64,000 bases of DNA from Betaproteobacteria bacterium (GCA_004298385.1 SCTX01000040.1:32571-96570), one strand, 5' to 3'; positions 1 through 9,296 are shown, counted from the first letter of the stretch. Numbers and translations are program-made. Notes: a model not told the origin generated them from the letters alone.

Positions 1-530
1 TCGCGGCGCCGGAGGTGGAATCCGCCCTGGGCCTGCGCGATCGCGCCATGCTGGAAATGCTCTACGCCACGGGGCTGCGCGTGTCCGAACTGGTGGCGCT
101 AAAGCTCATCGAGATCAACCAGGACATGGGCGTGGTGCGCGTGTTCGGCAAAGGCGGCAAGGAGCGCATGGTACCGATGGGCGAGGAGGCATCGGACTGG
201 CTCACGCGCTACCTGAAACAAGGGCGGCCGCGGTTGCTCGGGCGCGCGCAGTCCGACGCGGCCTTCGTCACCGCGCGCGGCGCGGCGATGACGCGCCAGG
301 CCTTCTGGTATCTGATCAAGAAGCATGCGCGCGCGGCGGTCCCGGGCAAGCCGATGTCGCCGCACACGCTGCGCCACGCCTTTGCCACCCACCTGCTAAA
401 CCACGGCGCCGACCTGCGCGTGGTGCAGATGCTGCTCGGCCATGCCGATATTTCGACCACGCAAATTTATACGCATGTCGCGCGCGAGCGCCTGAAGCTG
501 CTGCACCAGAAGCACCATCCGCGCGGATAG
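1..530 (+). CDS. xerD: Tyrosine recombinase XerD, C-terminal part (5' end outside window)
   Basis: ORF 15..530 is open to the window edge; catalytic C-terminus 'HTLRHAFATHLL..LLGHADISTTQIYTHV'. Confidence 0.85.
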   Translation, partial: AAPEVESALGLRDRAMLEMLYATGLRVSELVALKLIEINQDMGVVRVFGKGGKERMVPMGEEASDWLTRYLKQGRPRLLGRAQSDAAFVTARGAAMTRQAFWYLIKKHARAAVPGKPMSPHTLRHAFATHLLNHGADLRVVQMLLGHADISTTQIYTHVARERLKLLHQKHHPRG

Positions 531-567
531 CCTTCGCCTGGAATCTGTCATTCCGAGGGCAAGGCCC

Positions 568-600
568 GAGGAATCTGCTGTTCGAAAAAGCAGATTCCTC
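568..600. terminator. Stem-loop between convergent xerD and folB
   Basis: Perfect 12-bp arms gaggaatctgct / agcagattcctc with a 9-nt loop; no clear U-tract. Confidence 0.35.
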
Positions 601-659
601 GCAGAGTTCATCCCCGGAAGGGGACTCCGAACGACGGGATCGGGAGCAGTCGAAACGAA

Positions 660-1016
660 CTACTTTTCCCTGCCTCTCTCGATCACCACGCCGACGCGCC
701 GCGCGCTCGGCTGGGCGCCGATCTTGGCGATGCCGACGCGCACCCAGGGTGCGTGAAATTCATCCAGAATGATCTGCGCCACGTGCTCGGCCAGGTTCTC
801 CACCAGGCCGTAGTGCCGCTCGACCAGGGCAGCGCGGATGCGTTCGACCACCACCGCGTAGTCGATAGTATCGGCGATCTTGCCGCTTTTGAACACGCGC
901 TCGTCGGGCAGCGCGATGTCCAGGTCCAATTCCACCGTCTGGGTAATGGACTTCTCGCGCCGGTAGATGCCGATGCGCGCGTCCAGCCTGACTTCGCGCA
1001 AAAATATTATATCCAT
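660..1016 (-). CDS. folB: Dihydroneopterin aldolase
   Basis: ORF 660..1079; start set at the internal ATG giving 'MDIIFLREVRLDARIGIYRREK..', a FolB-type N-terminus. Confidence 0.8.
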   Translation of the reverse strand: MDIIFLREVRLDARIGIYRREKSITQTVELDLDIALPDERVFKSGKIADTIDYAVVVERIRAALVERHYGLVENLAEHVAQIILDEFHAPWVRVGIAKIGAQPSARRVGVVIERGREK

Positions 1017-1086
1017 GTCGGGGAAGGCGGGATGGGTGCTAGGGCGGGATTCGGATCCCGCGTAAAATGTGCAACGCATTCTAACA

Positions 1087-1113
1087 GGCCGTTTCGGAAT
1101 TACCGAAACGGCC
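1087..1113. promoter_or_regulatory. Perfect inverted repeat in the folB/plsY divergent intergenic region
   Basis: ggccgtttcgg-aatta-ccgaaacggcc (11-bp arms); function unknown. Confidence 0.2.
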
Positions 1114-1182
1114 CCCTGAACTAAGGGAGCATGAGGCAGGTTCCCCTCATTTTGTAATGAGCTTCAAGGCAATTCAATTCAG

Positions 1183-1800
1183 ATGGCGACCATAGTTTTC
1201 GTAGCCGCAGCGTATCTCATCGGCTCGCTTTCGTTCGCCGTGATCGTGAGCCGGATGTTCGGCCTGCCCGACCCGCACAGCTACGGCTCGGGCAACCCCG
1301 GCGCGACCAACGTGCTGCGCACCGGCAAACGGCCGGCGGCGGCGCTGACGCTCGCGGGCGATACCGGGAAAGGCGTGCTGGCGGTGGTCCTCGCCAGGCA
1401 TTTCGCCGCGGACTATGGCGTGGACATCACCGGCATCGCGCTGGTCGCGCTGGCGGTGTTCCTCGGCCACCTCTACCCGGTGTTTTTCCGCTTCAAAGGC
1501 GGCAAGGGCGTTGCGACCGCGCTCGGCATCCTGTGCGCCATCGACCTCTGGCTCGGCCTGGCGACGCTCGCAAGCTGGCTCGTCATCATGTTGTGCTTTC
1601 GCATGGTTTCGCTCGCCTCCATCATTGCCGCCGTGTTCGCGCCGTTTTACACCGGCTGGCTGTTCGGCGCGGCGAGCCCGCTGCTGCCGGCCGTGCTGGC
1701 GATAGCGGCGCTGCTGATCTACAGGCACAGGGAAAATATCCGGCGACTGTTCGCGGGGCAGGAGGCCCGCATCGGCGCGAAGAAGCAGGATTCGGCGTGA
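1183..1800 (+). CDS. plsY: Glycerol-3-phosphate acyltransferase PlsY
   Basis: 205 aa; 'SGNPGATNVLRTGK' and 'FKGGKGVAT' PlsY motifs; multi-TM. Confidence 0.9.
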   Translation: MATIVFVAAAYLIGSLSFAVIVSRMFGLPDPHSYGSGNPGATNVLRTGKRPAAALTLAGDTGKGVLAVVLARHFAADYGVDITGIALVALAVFLGHLYPVFFRFKGGKGVATALGILCAIDLWLGLATLASWLVIMLCFRMVSLASIIAAVFAPFYTGWLFGAASPLLPAVLAIAALLIYRHRENIRRLFAGQEARIGAKKQDSA

Positions 1801-2873
1801 GTTCGTCCCCCATTATTGTTGCGCTTCTGGGCTTCGGCTTGACGCTGGGCCTGATCCGCTTCCTCGCCCCCAGGGCGGAACGCTATGGCCTGATCGATCA
1901 TCCCGGCGGCGGGCGCAAGGATCACACCGACAATACCCCCACCGTGGGCGGGCTCGCGATCGTGGCCGGACTGGCGTTGACGGCGCTGCTCGCGCAATTC
2001 GCGGGCCAGGTGCACCCGGCGTTCTGGGCGGGACTTTTGATAGTCGCGCTCACCGGCGCGGCGGACGACATGTTCGACCTGCAACCCGCCATCAAATTCG
2101 CGGCGCAAATCGCGGCCGCGCTGCTGATGAGCTATTGGGGTGGGCTGATTTTGCTTTCCCTCGGCGATCTGGTGAGCGACAAGCCCCTGATGCTGGGCCG
2201 CTTCGCCGTGCCGCTCACGGCGTTTGCCGTAATCGGGGTGGTCAACGCGATCAATCTTTGTGACGGCGCCGACGGCCTTGCGGGCGGTCTGGTCTTCATC
2301 GCGGTGTTCTGGATCGCCCTGATGAGCGTGGTATCGGCGAATTCGGGCACGCATGCGCTCGCGCTCGGATTATTGGGCTGCATTGCGGCTTTCCTGGCGT
2401 TCAATCTGCGTACGCGGTGGCGCAGTCGTGCCGCAATTTTTCTTGGCGACGCCGGCAGCCTGTCGCTCGGATTCGTGCTGGCGTGGCTCACCGTGGATGC
2501 AGCGCAGTCGCGCACACCATTGTTCGCGCCCGTCACCGCGATCTGGCTGGTGGCGATTCCCATCAGCGACACCATAGTCTGCATGAGCCGGCGGTTGGCC
2601 AAAGGGCAAAATCCGTTTCGTCCCGATCGCACCCATCTGCACCATATACTGATCGATCTCGGCATGCCGGCGGGAGGCGCCGTCGCGCTGATTCTGCTCA
2701 TCGCGTTTGCGCTCGCCGCGGCGGGGGCCGCGGGCTGGGCGCTGCATATTCCGGAATATGTCATGTTCTACACCGCCATGGCGGTGTTCGCGCTTTATGT
2801 CCTCCTGGTGCAATCCGGCTTGCGGCGCGTAGCGGCGGGCCGGACAACAACCGCCGGCGTACACAAAATTTGA
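1797..2873 (+). CDS. MraY/WecA-family (GT4) polyprenyl-phosphate HexNAc-1-phosphate transferase
   Basis: GTG at 1797 overlaps the plsY stop (GTGA); 'GAADDMFDL' and 'NAINLCDGADGLAGG' motifs; the N-terminal 88 codons of ORF 1533..2873 overlap plsY and are discarded. Confidence 0.8.
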   Translation: MSSSPIIVALLGFGLTLGLIRFLAPRAERYGLIDHPGGGRKDHTDNTPTVGGLAIVAGLALTALLAQFAGQVHPAFWAGLLIVALTGAADDMFDLQPAIKFAAQIAAALLMSYWGGLILLSLGDLVSDKPLMLGRFAVPLTAFAVIGVVNAINLCDGADGLAGGLVFIAVFWIALMSVVSANSGTHALALGLLGCIAAFLAFNLRTRWRSRAAIFLGDAGSLSLGFVLAWLTVDAAQSRTPLFAPVTAIWLVAIPISDTIVCMSRRLAKGQNPFRPDRTHLHHILIDLGMPAGGAVALILLIAFALAAAGAAGWALHIPEYVMFYTAMAVFALYVLLVQSGLRRVAAGRTTTAGVHKI

Positions 2874-2982
2874 CAGTTGCCTATCCCGCGAAACAAGCGC
2901 TCGGAATATCCCCTAGACTAAAATTGTTTGCTTCAGTATCGGCCCGCCGCCGCAACCAGCGAAACACGAGAATCAAGGCGCA

Positions 2983-4269
2983 ATGCGCAAACGTGAATAC
3001 ATAAGTCCCGCGCTGCTGTTTGCACTGACGGGCATGGCGCTGCTGAGCCCGGCGAGCTTCGCGCAACAGCCGGGGCAGGTCTTGCCCGCCGGATCGGCGG
3101 ATCAGGCGAGACCAAATCCATCGACCGGTACTGCGGCATCCCAAAGCGGCGCCGCGCCGGCGGGAGCGATCACTCTGAAGCTGATGGATGTACTCATCAC
3201 GGCCTATCCCTCGGTGACGGCGGAGATGCAACACAACGACAATATTTACAGTACCCCGAACAACAAGACGGGCGACCGGATCCTGGTGCTGACCCCGGCG
3301 CTGCGCCTCGAGACCAAGCAAGCCGGCAACACCTTCAGCTTGCGCATGAGCTCGGCCATAGGCGAGTATCAAAATAATAAGTCGGAGAACTATACCAATA
3401 CCAGCCTCGGCGGCCTGGCCGGTCTCAATCTGGGCACGCGTCTGCGCGCCCGTGTGGAGGCCGAGTATCTCGACGGCGTGGACCCGCGCGGCTCTACCAA
3501 CAACTCCCTCTCGACGGCTCCCGACCATTACCGCCAAACCCGTGGCCAGGGCATTTTTTCCTATGGCGCCCAAGGCGCCCGCGGGCACCTTGACCTCGAA
3601 CTGGGGCAGGTCCGGCGCGAGTACTTGAACAACCGCGCGACCACCGTCGCCAGCGACCGCGTGGTCGACAACCTCGGCGCCACCCTCTACTGGCGTATCG
3701 GACCGAAGACCACGCTGCTGTTCCAGGGCAAGCATAGCAAGATTGATTACGTTCTCTCCACTTCCACTTTGGGCAGCATTGAAAACGCGTTCCTGGCGGG
3801 GGCGACCTGGGAGGCGAGCGCGAAAACCAGCGGCACGTTCAGGTTCGGCGCGACCAGAAAGGATTTCGATGACTCCGCCCGAGGCAGTTCGACGGGAATC
3901 AGTTGGACGGGACAGGTGCGTTGGAGCCCCCGCACCTATTCGCATGTCGATTTGAGCCTTAACCGGGCCCCGGCCGAGACCAGCGGCGGGGTGGGCAATT
4001 TCATCGACAGAACCTCCACCGGGGCGCGCTGGACGCACGCTTGGTCCACCACGTTCACCACCGAGGCCATGGCTTCCTACCTCACCGACGCCTACCAGGG
4101 CGCGGCCCGCACCGACAATACCCAGGACTATGGACTCAAGGCGAACTACAAAATGCGCCGCTGGCTGAGTTTCGGCGGGAACTACGCGCACACCATCCGC
4201 AATTCCGACGACGGCAATTTCGACTACAAGCGCAATGTGCTCATGCTGTTCCTCAATGCCACCCTCTGA
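2983..4269 (+). CDS. Outer-membrane beta-barrel protein, EPS-export associated (left copy)
   Basis: Signal peptide 'LLFALTGMALLSPASFAQQ'; alternating beta-strand pattern. Shares blocks with the 51913..53151 product: 'YLD.VDPRG', 'WTHAW', 'NFDY.RN.LM.FL..TL'. Confidence 0.6.
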   Translation: MRKREYISPALLFALTGMALLSPASFAQQPGQVLPAGSADQARPNPSTGTAASQSGAAPAGAITLKLMDVLITAYPSVTAEMQHNDNIYSTPNNKTGDRILVLTPALRLETKQAGNTFSLRMSSAIGEYQNNKSENYTNTSLGGLAGLNLGTRLRARVEAEYLDGVDPRGSTNNSLSTAPDHYRQTRGQGIFSYGAQGARGHLDLELGQVRREYLNNRATTVASDRVVDNLGATLYWRIGPKTTLLFQGKHSKIDYVLSTSTLGSIENAFLAGATWEASAKTSGTFRFGATRKDFDDSARGSSTGISWTGQVRWSPRTYSHVDLSLNRAPAETSGGVGNFIDRTSTGARWTHAWSTTFTTEAMASYLTDAYQGAARTDNTQDYGLKANYKMRRWLSFGGNYAHTIRNSDDGNFDYKRNVLMLFLNATL

Positions 4270-4300
4270 TAGAATTTTCCATTGTGGAGTACGGCTACCA

Positions 4301-4867
4301 ATGACACTTCTACGCCGTTTCATCTTCTTCGCCGGCCTGTGTCTGGTCTGCGCCTGCTCCTGGGCGCAGTCGGATACCGACACGTCCACGAAGAGCGAGA
4401 TGTTTTCCAAATATAAGCTGTCGACCGGCGACGTGATCAGCATCACGGTCCTCGGCGAAGACGATCTGAAAAAAGAAAAAGCGCGCCTCACCGACGCGGG
4501 CACCATTTCCTACCCGGTACTGGGCGAAATCGAAGTCCGCGGCAAAACCGTCGGCGACCTGGAAAAAATGATCACCGAGGGCCTGCGCGGGCGCTACCTG
4601 GTAAATCCGCGCGTATCGGTCACCATAGATGAGTACCGGCCGTTTTTCATCAACGGCCAGATTGAAAAAGGCGGGAGCTACCCGTACCAGCCTGGGCTGA
4701 CCGTGCGCAAGGCCGTCACTATTGCCGGCGGCTTCAAGGAGCGCGCCTCCCTGAGCAAGATTTTCATCGTGCGCGAAGGCGATCCAACGAATACGCCGAA
4801 GAAAGTCGATCTCAATGCCCCGATTCAACCCGGGGACATGATCACGGTGGAAGAGAGTTTTTTCTGA
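4301..4867 (+). CDS. Short Wza-like polysaccharide export (OPX) periplasmic protein (left copy)
   Basis: ATG 4301 with GGAG 11 nt upstream; 'IDEYRPFFINGQ', 'PGDMITVEESFF' (Poly_export/SLBB-like). About 188 aa, with no long C-terminal OM helix region. Confidence 0.75.
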   Translation: MTLLRRFIFFAGLCLVCACSWAQSDTDTSTKSEMFSKYKLSTGDVISITVLGEDDLKKEKARLTDAGTISYPVLGEIEVRGKTVGDLEKMITEGLRGRYLVNPRVSVTIDEYRPFFINGQIEKGGSYPYQPGLTVRKAVTIAGGFKERASLSKIFIVREGDPTNTPKKVDLNAPIQPGDMITVEESFF

Positions 4868-4874
4868 CGTCCTG

Positions 4875-5954
4875 TTAGCGCGCCGCCATCCATTCCAACA
4901 ATTTCCCCGCCTCCGCGACACCCTGCTTCTGCGCCCGCTCCAGCCAGAATAGCGCGGCGGCCCGGTCCGGCGCGGTTCCCCGGCCTTCGATATACGATCG
5001 CGCCAGATTGACCTGGCCGCTGCCCAGGCCCGCCTCGGCGGCGCGCTTGTACCAGGCAAAGGCTTCGCCGGCGTTCGCCGGCACGCCCCGTCCGGTTTCA
5101 TACAATTGTCCCACGTTGTTTTGCGCGGCGGCGTCGCCGAGCCTGGCCGCGTCCATCAAATAGCCAAACGCGCGCTTGTCGTCGCGCGCGACGAACTCCC
5201 CGGTCGAATAGGTCCAGCCAAGCAGACTCAGGGCGCCCGCCCGCCCCTGCGCGGCCGCCCGTCCGAGCCAGACAAGGCCGCATTCCACGTTCGGATTCCT
5301 GCCCAGGCATTGGCGGCCCTTCATTTCCTGCGCCAGCGGATGGCCTCCTTCCGCGGCGAGATCGAGCATGCGCAGGGCCGCCTCCGATTTCGGATCGCCG
5401 CAGGCCGATGCGTGAAACAGCGCCGCGACGTGCCCTTTCTGCGCCGCGCGCCGGTAGTAATCGCAGGCCTTGGTTTCGCCGCGCTCGGCCGCGATGCCCA
5501 AGCGGTACAAGCCGCCGAGCGTTGCGCTTGCACGCGCATCGCCGGCATTCGCGCGCCGGTCCAGGCGCCACAGCGTGTCGGACAAACCGGTCCGGTACCG
5601 ATCGGCCAGCGCCCGGCCGTAATCGAGGCGCACCAGCGCCTCGGCCATTTCGATCTGGGCGACGTAGTCCACCGCCAGATCGGAGAGCGCATTTCTGGCC
5701 TCTTCCATCTTCCTGCGCAGTTCGACCAGCGCGGCTTTGTTGCGTTTTTTCGCCCTGGCCTGTGCCGCCTCGGCGCGGTGCAAATCGACGATCTGTTTTC
5801 GCAGCCGGGTGATTTCAACCGCCGCTTTCTTATCGAATTGCAGGTCGAGCGCCGCCATCGGCTCGGCGGCATCTTGTGCCGCGGCGAATACCGGGCAGAT
5901 TGCCAGCAACAGCGTAGTCAGAATGCCGCTTGCGGTACGCCTGTTAGCTGCCAT
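4875..5954 (-). CDS. Sel1-repeat (SLR/TPR-like) periplasmic protein (left copy)
   Basis: Signal peptide 'ILTTLLLAICPVFAAAQD', Lys/Glu/Arg-rich helical N-region, then repeated 'A..WY.RAA.QG...A...LG..Y..G.GV' units. Confidence 0.75.
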   Translation of the reverse strand: MAANRRTASGILTTLLLAICPVFAAAQDAAEPMAALDLQFDKKAAVEITRLRKQIVDLHRAEAAQARAKKRNKAALVELRRKMEEARNALSDLAVDYVAQIEMAEALVRLDYGRALADRYRTGLSDTLWRLDRRANAGDARASATLGGLYRLGIAAERGETKACDYYRRAAQKGHVAALFHASACGDPKSEAALRMLDLAAEGGHPLAQEMKGRQCLGRNPNVECGLVWLGRAAAQGRAGALSLLGWTYSTGEFVARDDKRAFGYLMDAARLGDAAAQNNVGQLYETGRGVPANAGEAFAWYKRAAEAGLGSGQVNLARSYIEGRGTAPDRAAALFWLERAQKQGVAEAGKLLEWMAAR

Positions 5955-6144
5955 ATGAGACCCCCTCCGACGCGCCCCTCACCCCAACCAGTCGACGACG
6001 GTCAGGTCAGGTCGACATCCTGCGTATATCGCGGCTCACCCCGGCGCTGGAGCGCCAAGCCACCGATGAAGCAGAAGCGGAATCCCCCACGCGACAACTT
6101 TTGTTGCGCCTCCCATGCGGCGCCAATGACGCCTGCCGGGATGC

Positions 6145-6363
6145 TCATTTCAATTGACGAAAGAGCCGTTGTTGCTCCAGGAGGCCCGACTCTCGCGCAA
6201 TCCGTGCGGGCATGGGGCCGCTGAAAATGCGCGCGATGATCTTCCTCGCTTCGTCGTCAGTCATGGAACGCAGACCGGCGGCGCGTTCGCTCGCCAAGTG
6301 TGCGCCGGCAATATTCCAGGCGCGGGCCCAGCGCTGCAAATTGTCGAGAATCCGTTGGCTCAT
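6145..6363 (-). CDS. Hypothetical small protein (72 aa)
   Basis: Inner part of ORF 6145..6543 starting 'MSQRILDNLQRWARAW'; the upstream part of the ORF runs through REP-like repeat sequence. Confidence 0.3.
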   Translation of the reverse strand: MSQRILDNLQRWARAWNIAGAHLASERAAGLRSMTDDEARKIIARIFSGPMPARIARESGLLEQQRLFRQLK

Positions 6364-6784
6364 GCAGCGATTATAGGCGTTCGATGGAAGCTTGAATATG
6401 CAGGCTCCGTAGCGCGAGTAGCCGTAGGAGCGAGCTTTCCCACGAATCACATTGTTCGCGAGCAAGCTCGCATAGCCGCCGGCCCGGCGCCGCGCTTGCG
6501 GGTTTTTCTCCCTCGCCCCGCTTGCGGCGATGAGGCTGGACACACGACCGTATCTGCGTACGGTCGTGTGCCTGCCGAATCGGAGCGACTACGGCGCGAG
6601 GTGGAGAGACGGCCGGGGTGAGGGGTGAGGTGGAGAGGGTCAAGGTGAGGAGCGGGGACCTCGCACCACTCCCCAATACGCCTTCTGCCTACCCCCGCGA
6701 CGCAGAGCTGTGGATGATGAGCCACTTCGGCACACAAAAGGTCACCATCCTCTTGCAGAGCCAGTTGCAAAACAGTGATATTGA

Positions 6785-6814
6785 TTGACGCCACATAATT
6801 AATGTGGATACAAT
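6785..6814 (+). promoter_or_regulatory. Putative sigma70-type promoter with embedded palindrome upstream of or overlapping the brnT start
   Basis: TTGACG (6785-6790), 18-nt spacer containing ccacat-aatta-atgtgg (6791-6807), then TACAAT (6809-6814). Confidence 0.3.
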
Positions 6815-7106
6815 AAACCTTGTGATCTATGACTGGGACGAAACCAAGCGCGCCGACAATCTCGCCAAGCACGGCATTGATTTTGCGGTTGTCGAAGGGT
6901 TCGAGTGGGATACGGCCATCATGGCTGCCGACGCCAGGCGCGATTACCGCGAGCCGCGGTATTCAGCCTTTGGTCTGATCGAAGATCGTCTTTTTAACCT
7001 GGTATTCACGCCACGGGCGGGCAAGATTCGTGTCATCAGCCTGCGCCGTGCGAATCGTCGAGAGGTGCGTCAATATGTCGAGCAAACGCAAGATCAAGAC
7101 ACCTAG
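6804..7106 (+). CDS. brnT: BrnT-family (DUF497) ribonuclease toxin
   Basis: 'YDWDETKRADNLAKHGIDF..KIRVISLRRANRREVRQY'; start is GTG 6804 or GTG 6822. Confidence 0.8.
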   Translation: MDTINLVIYDWDETKRADNLAKHGIDFAVVEGFEWDTAIMAADARRDYREPRYSAFGLIEDRLFNLVFTPRAGKIRVISLRRANRREVRQYVEQTQDQDT

Positions 7107-7413
7107 CGCTGCGGAGGATGCGGCCATCAATGTGGGCATCACGGCCGACCCTGACAATCCGGAGTGGGGGCAGGTGGATTTCGCTCGCGCCGAACCCGCC
7201 GCAAAGGTATTGCCCCGCCTCTTTGGAAAGGTGGGCGCCGCCGAAATGCTGAAGCCGAAGAGGGGTCGTCCGATATCCACGAGTCCCAAGGCTCACGTAA
7301 ACATTCGGCTGGATTCGGATGTCGTCGAGCAGTTCCGCGCCACAGGACGTGGCTGGCAGACGCGCTTGAACGCGGCGCTAAAGGAATGGCTGAAGGCTCA
7401 TTCCCGAGCTTAG
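7075..7413 (+). CDS. brnA: BrnA-family antitoxin
   Basis: ATG 7075 inside ORF 7030..7413; 'KRGRP..VNIRLDSDVVEQFRATGRGWQTRLNAALKEWL'. Confidence 0.8.
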   Translation: MSSKRKIKTPSAAEDAAINVGITADPDNPEWGQVDFARAEPAAKVLPRLFGKVGAAEMLKPKRGRPISTSPKAHVNIRLDSDVVEQFRATGRGWQTRLNAALKEWLKAHSRA

Positions 7414-7446
7414 CAATGAACCAACCCTATGTGGCATTGCCGGCTT

Positions 7447-7520
7447 TTCGGCTGCGCCCAACCGGTGATGCCCGGCTTCACCTTGTGGCGCGGCATCGTG
7501 CCGCGTACCGGCCTGCGCTA
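7447..7520 (-). pseudogene. Relic of a bacterial sugar-transferase (WcaJ-like) 3' region
   Basis: Minus-strand reading 'RRPVRGTMPRHKVKPGITGWAQP', preceded by a stop. The DNA aligns with 13470-13545 of the intact gene ('LRHKVKPGITGWAQV'). Confidence 0.5.
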
Positions 7521-7582
7521 CAACGCCTCGAAGCCCCGCCTCCTGCCTAAGGCCGCGCCGCAGCGCCGGCGTTGATGCGCGA

Positions 7583-7819
7583 CTAGCCGGCGTGTTCCAA
7601 CTCGAGAATTCGCTTTGTTACCGCTCGCGGAAAGTCGGCGAACAGGAAATGACTCCCGTGGTATAGGTAGTCCTCGCCACTTTCATCCATGATACGCACC
7701 AAGTCGTCCTTGGCGGCACGCGGATCAGCAATGATCGGGTAGACCTTGCCCGGGATCAGCGATGCCTTGTAATCGGTGTTGTCTACACACAAAGCAAATG
7801 GCTTAGTCGGTTGTTTCAT
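7583..7819 (-). CDS. Hypothetical small protein (78 aa)
   Basis: Clean ORF 'MKQPTKPFALCVDNTDYKASLIPGKVY..RIMDESGEDYLY'; no family assigned. Confidence 0.5.
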   Translation of the reverse strand: MKQPTKPFALCVDNTDYKASLIPGKVYPIIADPRAAKDDLVRIMDESGEDYLYHGSHFLFADFPRAVTKRILELEHAG

Positions 7820-7926
7820 TTTTCGTTCAGGTATCTCTTGATCTTCAATTCTCGTTTTCCGATCCCGTGAGCTTCATACCAATGCAGTTCTACCTCGCGC
7901 CGGGCACCGTTTGGCAATCGGCCCGG

Positions 7927-8124
7927 TCAAGCCGCCTTCCGATCACCGCCCTCAAAGGGAATGAACCCCGCCTTAACCGCGTCCAGAATCACCAGTTCCA
8001 CGACGGACCCGTCCTCAGCATAGATGACATTAACATTCCAGTCTTGCGACACCTCACGGGCAACCGGCTTGTCACTCAAGCGGATTTCCAGAATATCGTC
8101 TTGCGGATAATAAATCGTCTTCAT
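7927..8124 (-). CDS. DUF2283-like small protein
   Basis: ATG 8124 inside ORF 7927..8385; 'MKTIYYPQDDILEIRLSDKPVARE..VVELVILDA'. Confidence 0.6.
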   Translation of the reverse strand: MKTIYYPQDDILEIRLSDKPVAREVSQDWNVNVIYAEDGSVVELVILDAVKAGFIPFEGGDRKAA

Positions 8125-8152
8125 GATCCCGTCCCCCAAGAGAAGTGATGCA

Positions 8153-8632
8153 TCAGTGCTTCCACAGCGCCGGGATGCCAAGCTCGGGCGCGAGCCGCAG
8201 CAGCGCCTTTTGCCCCTGCAGCGCCCGGCGCCGCCACCCCGGGCCACGGCCAAGCGCGTCGCGCCATGCCTGGTTGAATGCCCGGGCCTGCCCGCTTTGC
8301 GCGAAGTATTCAGCCAGTACGGTGGCCTGCAGGATATCCTTCGCCGCCTTTGCGCGCTCCGCCACCGGGCGCTCACCGTAGACAATGAGCTTGTGCACGG
8401 CGTACCGTTCTGGTGCAGGCAGATTCACAACGCAGGCGCCCGCGCGCCCGATCACACAGCCCTGCGTGGTCCCTTGAAGTGAAAATTCCATGAACTTGAG
8501 CGGCTCCAAGCCCAGATTCAGATCGGGCAACACAACCCACAATGCCGCCCTGCGTAACCATCCTGCGGCTGTTGCGCGAACAAGGGAAAAGTTGATGGAG
8601 TCAGGTCTTGCATTGACGCAAACGGCAGTCAT
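8153..8632 (-). CDS. Nucleotidyltransferase-fold (GSU2403/AbiEii-like) protein, probably C-terminal portion only
   Basis: 'PAPERYAVHKLIVYGERP..AKAAKDILQATVL' resembles the C-terminal half of this family; only 159 aa. Confidence 0.35.
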   Translation of the reverse strand: MTAVCVNARPDSINFSLVRATAAGWLRRAALWVVLPDLNLGLEPLKFMEFSLQGTTQGCVIGRAGACVVNLPAPERYAVHKLIVYGERPVAERAKAAKDILQATVLAEYFAQSGQARAFNQAWRDALGRGPGWRRRALQGQKALLRLAPELGIPALWKH

Positions 8633-8697
8633 GTCGAGGCAAATGCGTCAAGGCAAGACTTGACCCCGCGGATCCAGTTGATACACTGCCCTGCCCC

Positions 8698-9072
8698 ATG
8701 AATGCGACCACCCTTGCCCGCGTCACCAAACTCGCCCGCGCCGCCGCCGTGCTGCTGACGCTGGGTCTCTTTACCGTCAGCAGCATTCCGGCCGCGGGCC
8801 ACGCCTTTCCCGGCATTCTGCACTGGATTGCGCACATCGCCGCCTTCGCCCTCATTGCCTTAGCTTTTGGTCTGGGTTGGCCGTTGCGGCCGGCGCTGCA
8901 CATGGCGGTCCTCGTCGCCGCCATCGGCGCGATTCATGAAGCCACGCAGATCGTCACCCACAACCACGCGTTTGAAACCGGCGACGTCAGCGTAAACGCC
9001 ATCGGCGCCCTGCTCGGCATCGTGATTCAACGGGTGGCCGAAGGCATGCGAAGACCAGCTCCTCAATCCTGA
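8698..9072 (+). CDS. Small integral membrane protein (VanZ-like?)
   Basis: 124 aa with 3-4 hydrophobic segments; family call is tentative. Confidence 0.4.
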   Translation: MNATTLARVTKLARAAAVLLTLGLFTVSSIPAAGHAFPGILHWIAHIAAFALIALAFGLGWPLRPALHMAVLVAAIGAIHEATQIVTHNHAFETGDVSVNAIGALLGIVIQRVAEGMRRPAPQS

Positions 9073-9227
9073 CAGCGGTCCGGCTTGCGGCGCAGGCCCC
9101 GCGTAGAGCGCCGGGATTACCGGCAAGCGCCGTGCACGCCAATATGCAGGTCCGCCGGCAATGCGACTGATCCGCGTCTGCCGGCGTGCGCGAAGTCCAC
9201 ATCCGGGTTGGACGCAGCCCGCGCCCG

Positions 9228-9296
9228 GCGGCGAACGGGCCTGGTTGAGCCTTACGCGGCGAGACGCATGAGCGAGGCATCCATGCGCACCACAAC
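9228..9296. repeat. Direct repeat copy A (~65-70 bp)
   Basis: gcggcgaacgggcct..gagccttacgc..gacgcatgagcgaggcatccatgcgcaccacaac; near-identical to 12557-12621. Minus-strand reading '..VVVRMDASLMRLAA*'. Confidence 0.7.

Noticed and set aside
1533-1796. N-terminal 88 codons of ORF 1533..2873
   Set aside because: They overlap plsY in another frame and have a Arg-rich, out-of-frame (non-coding-like) composition. GTG 1797, overlapping the plsY stop, gives a normal WecA-like N-terminus.
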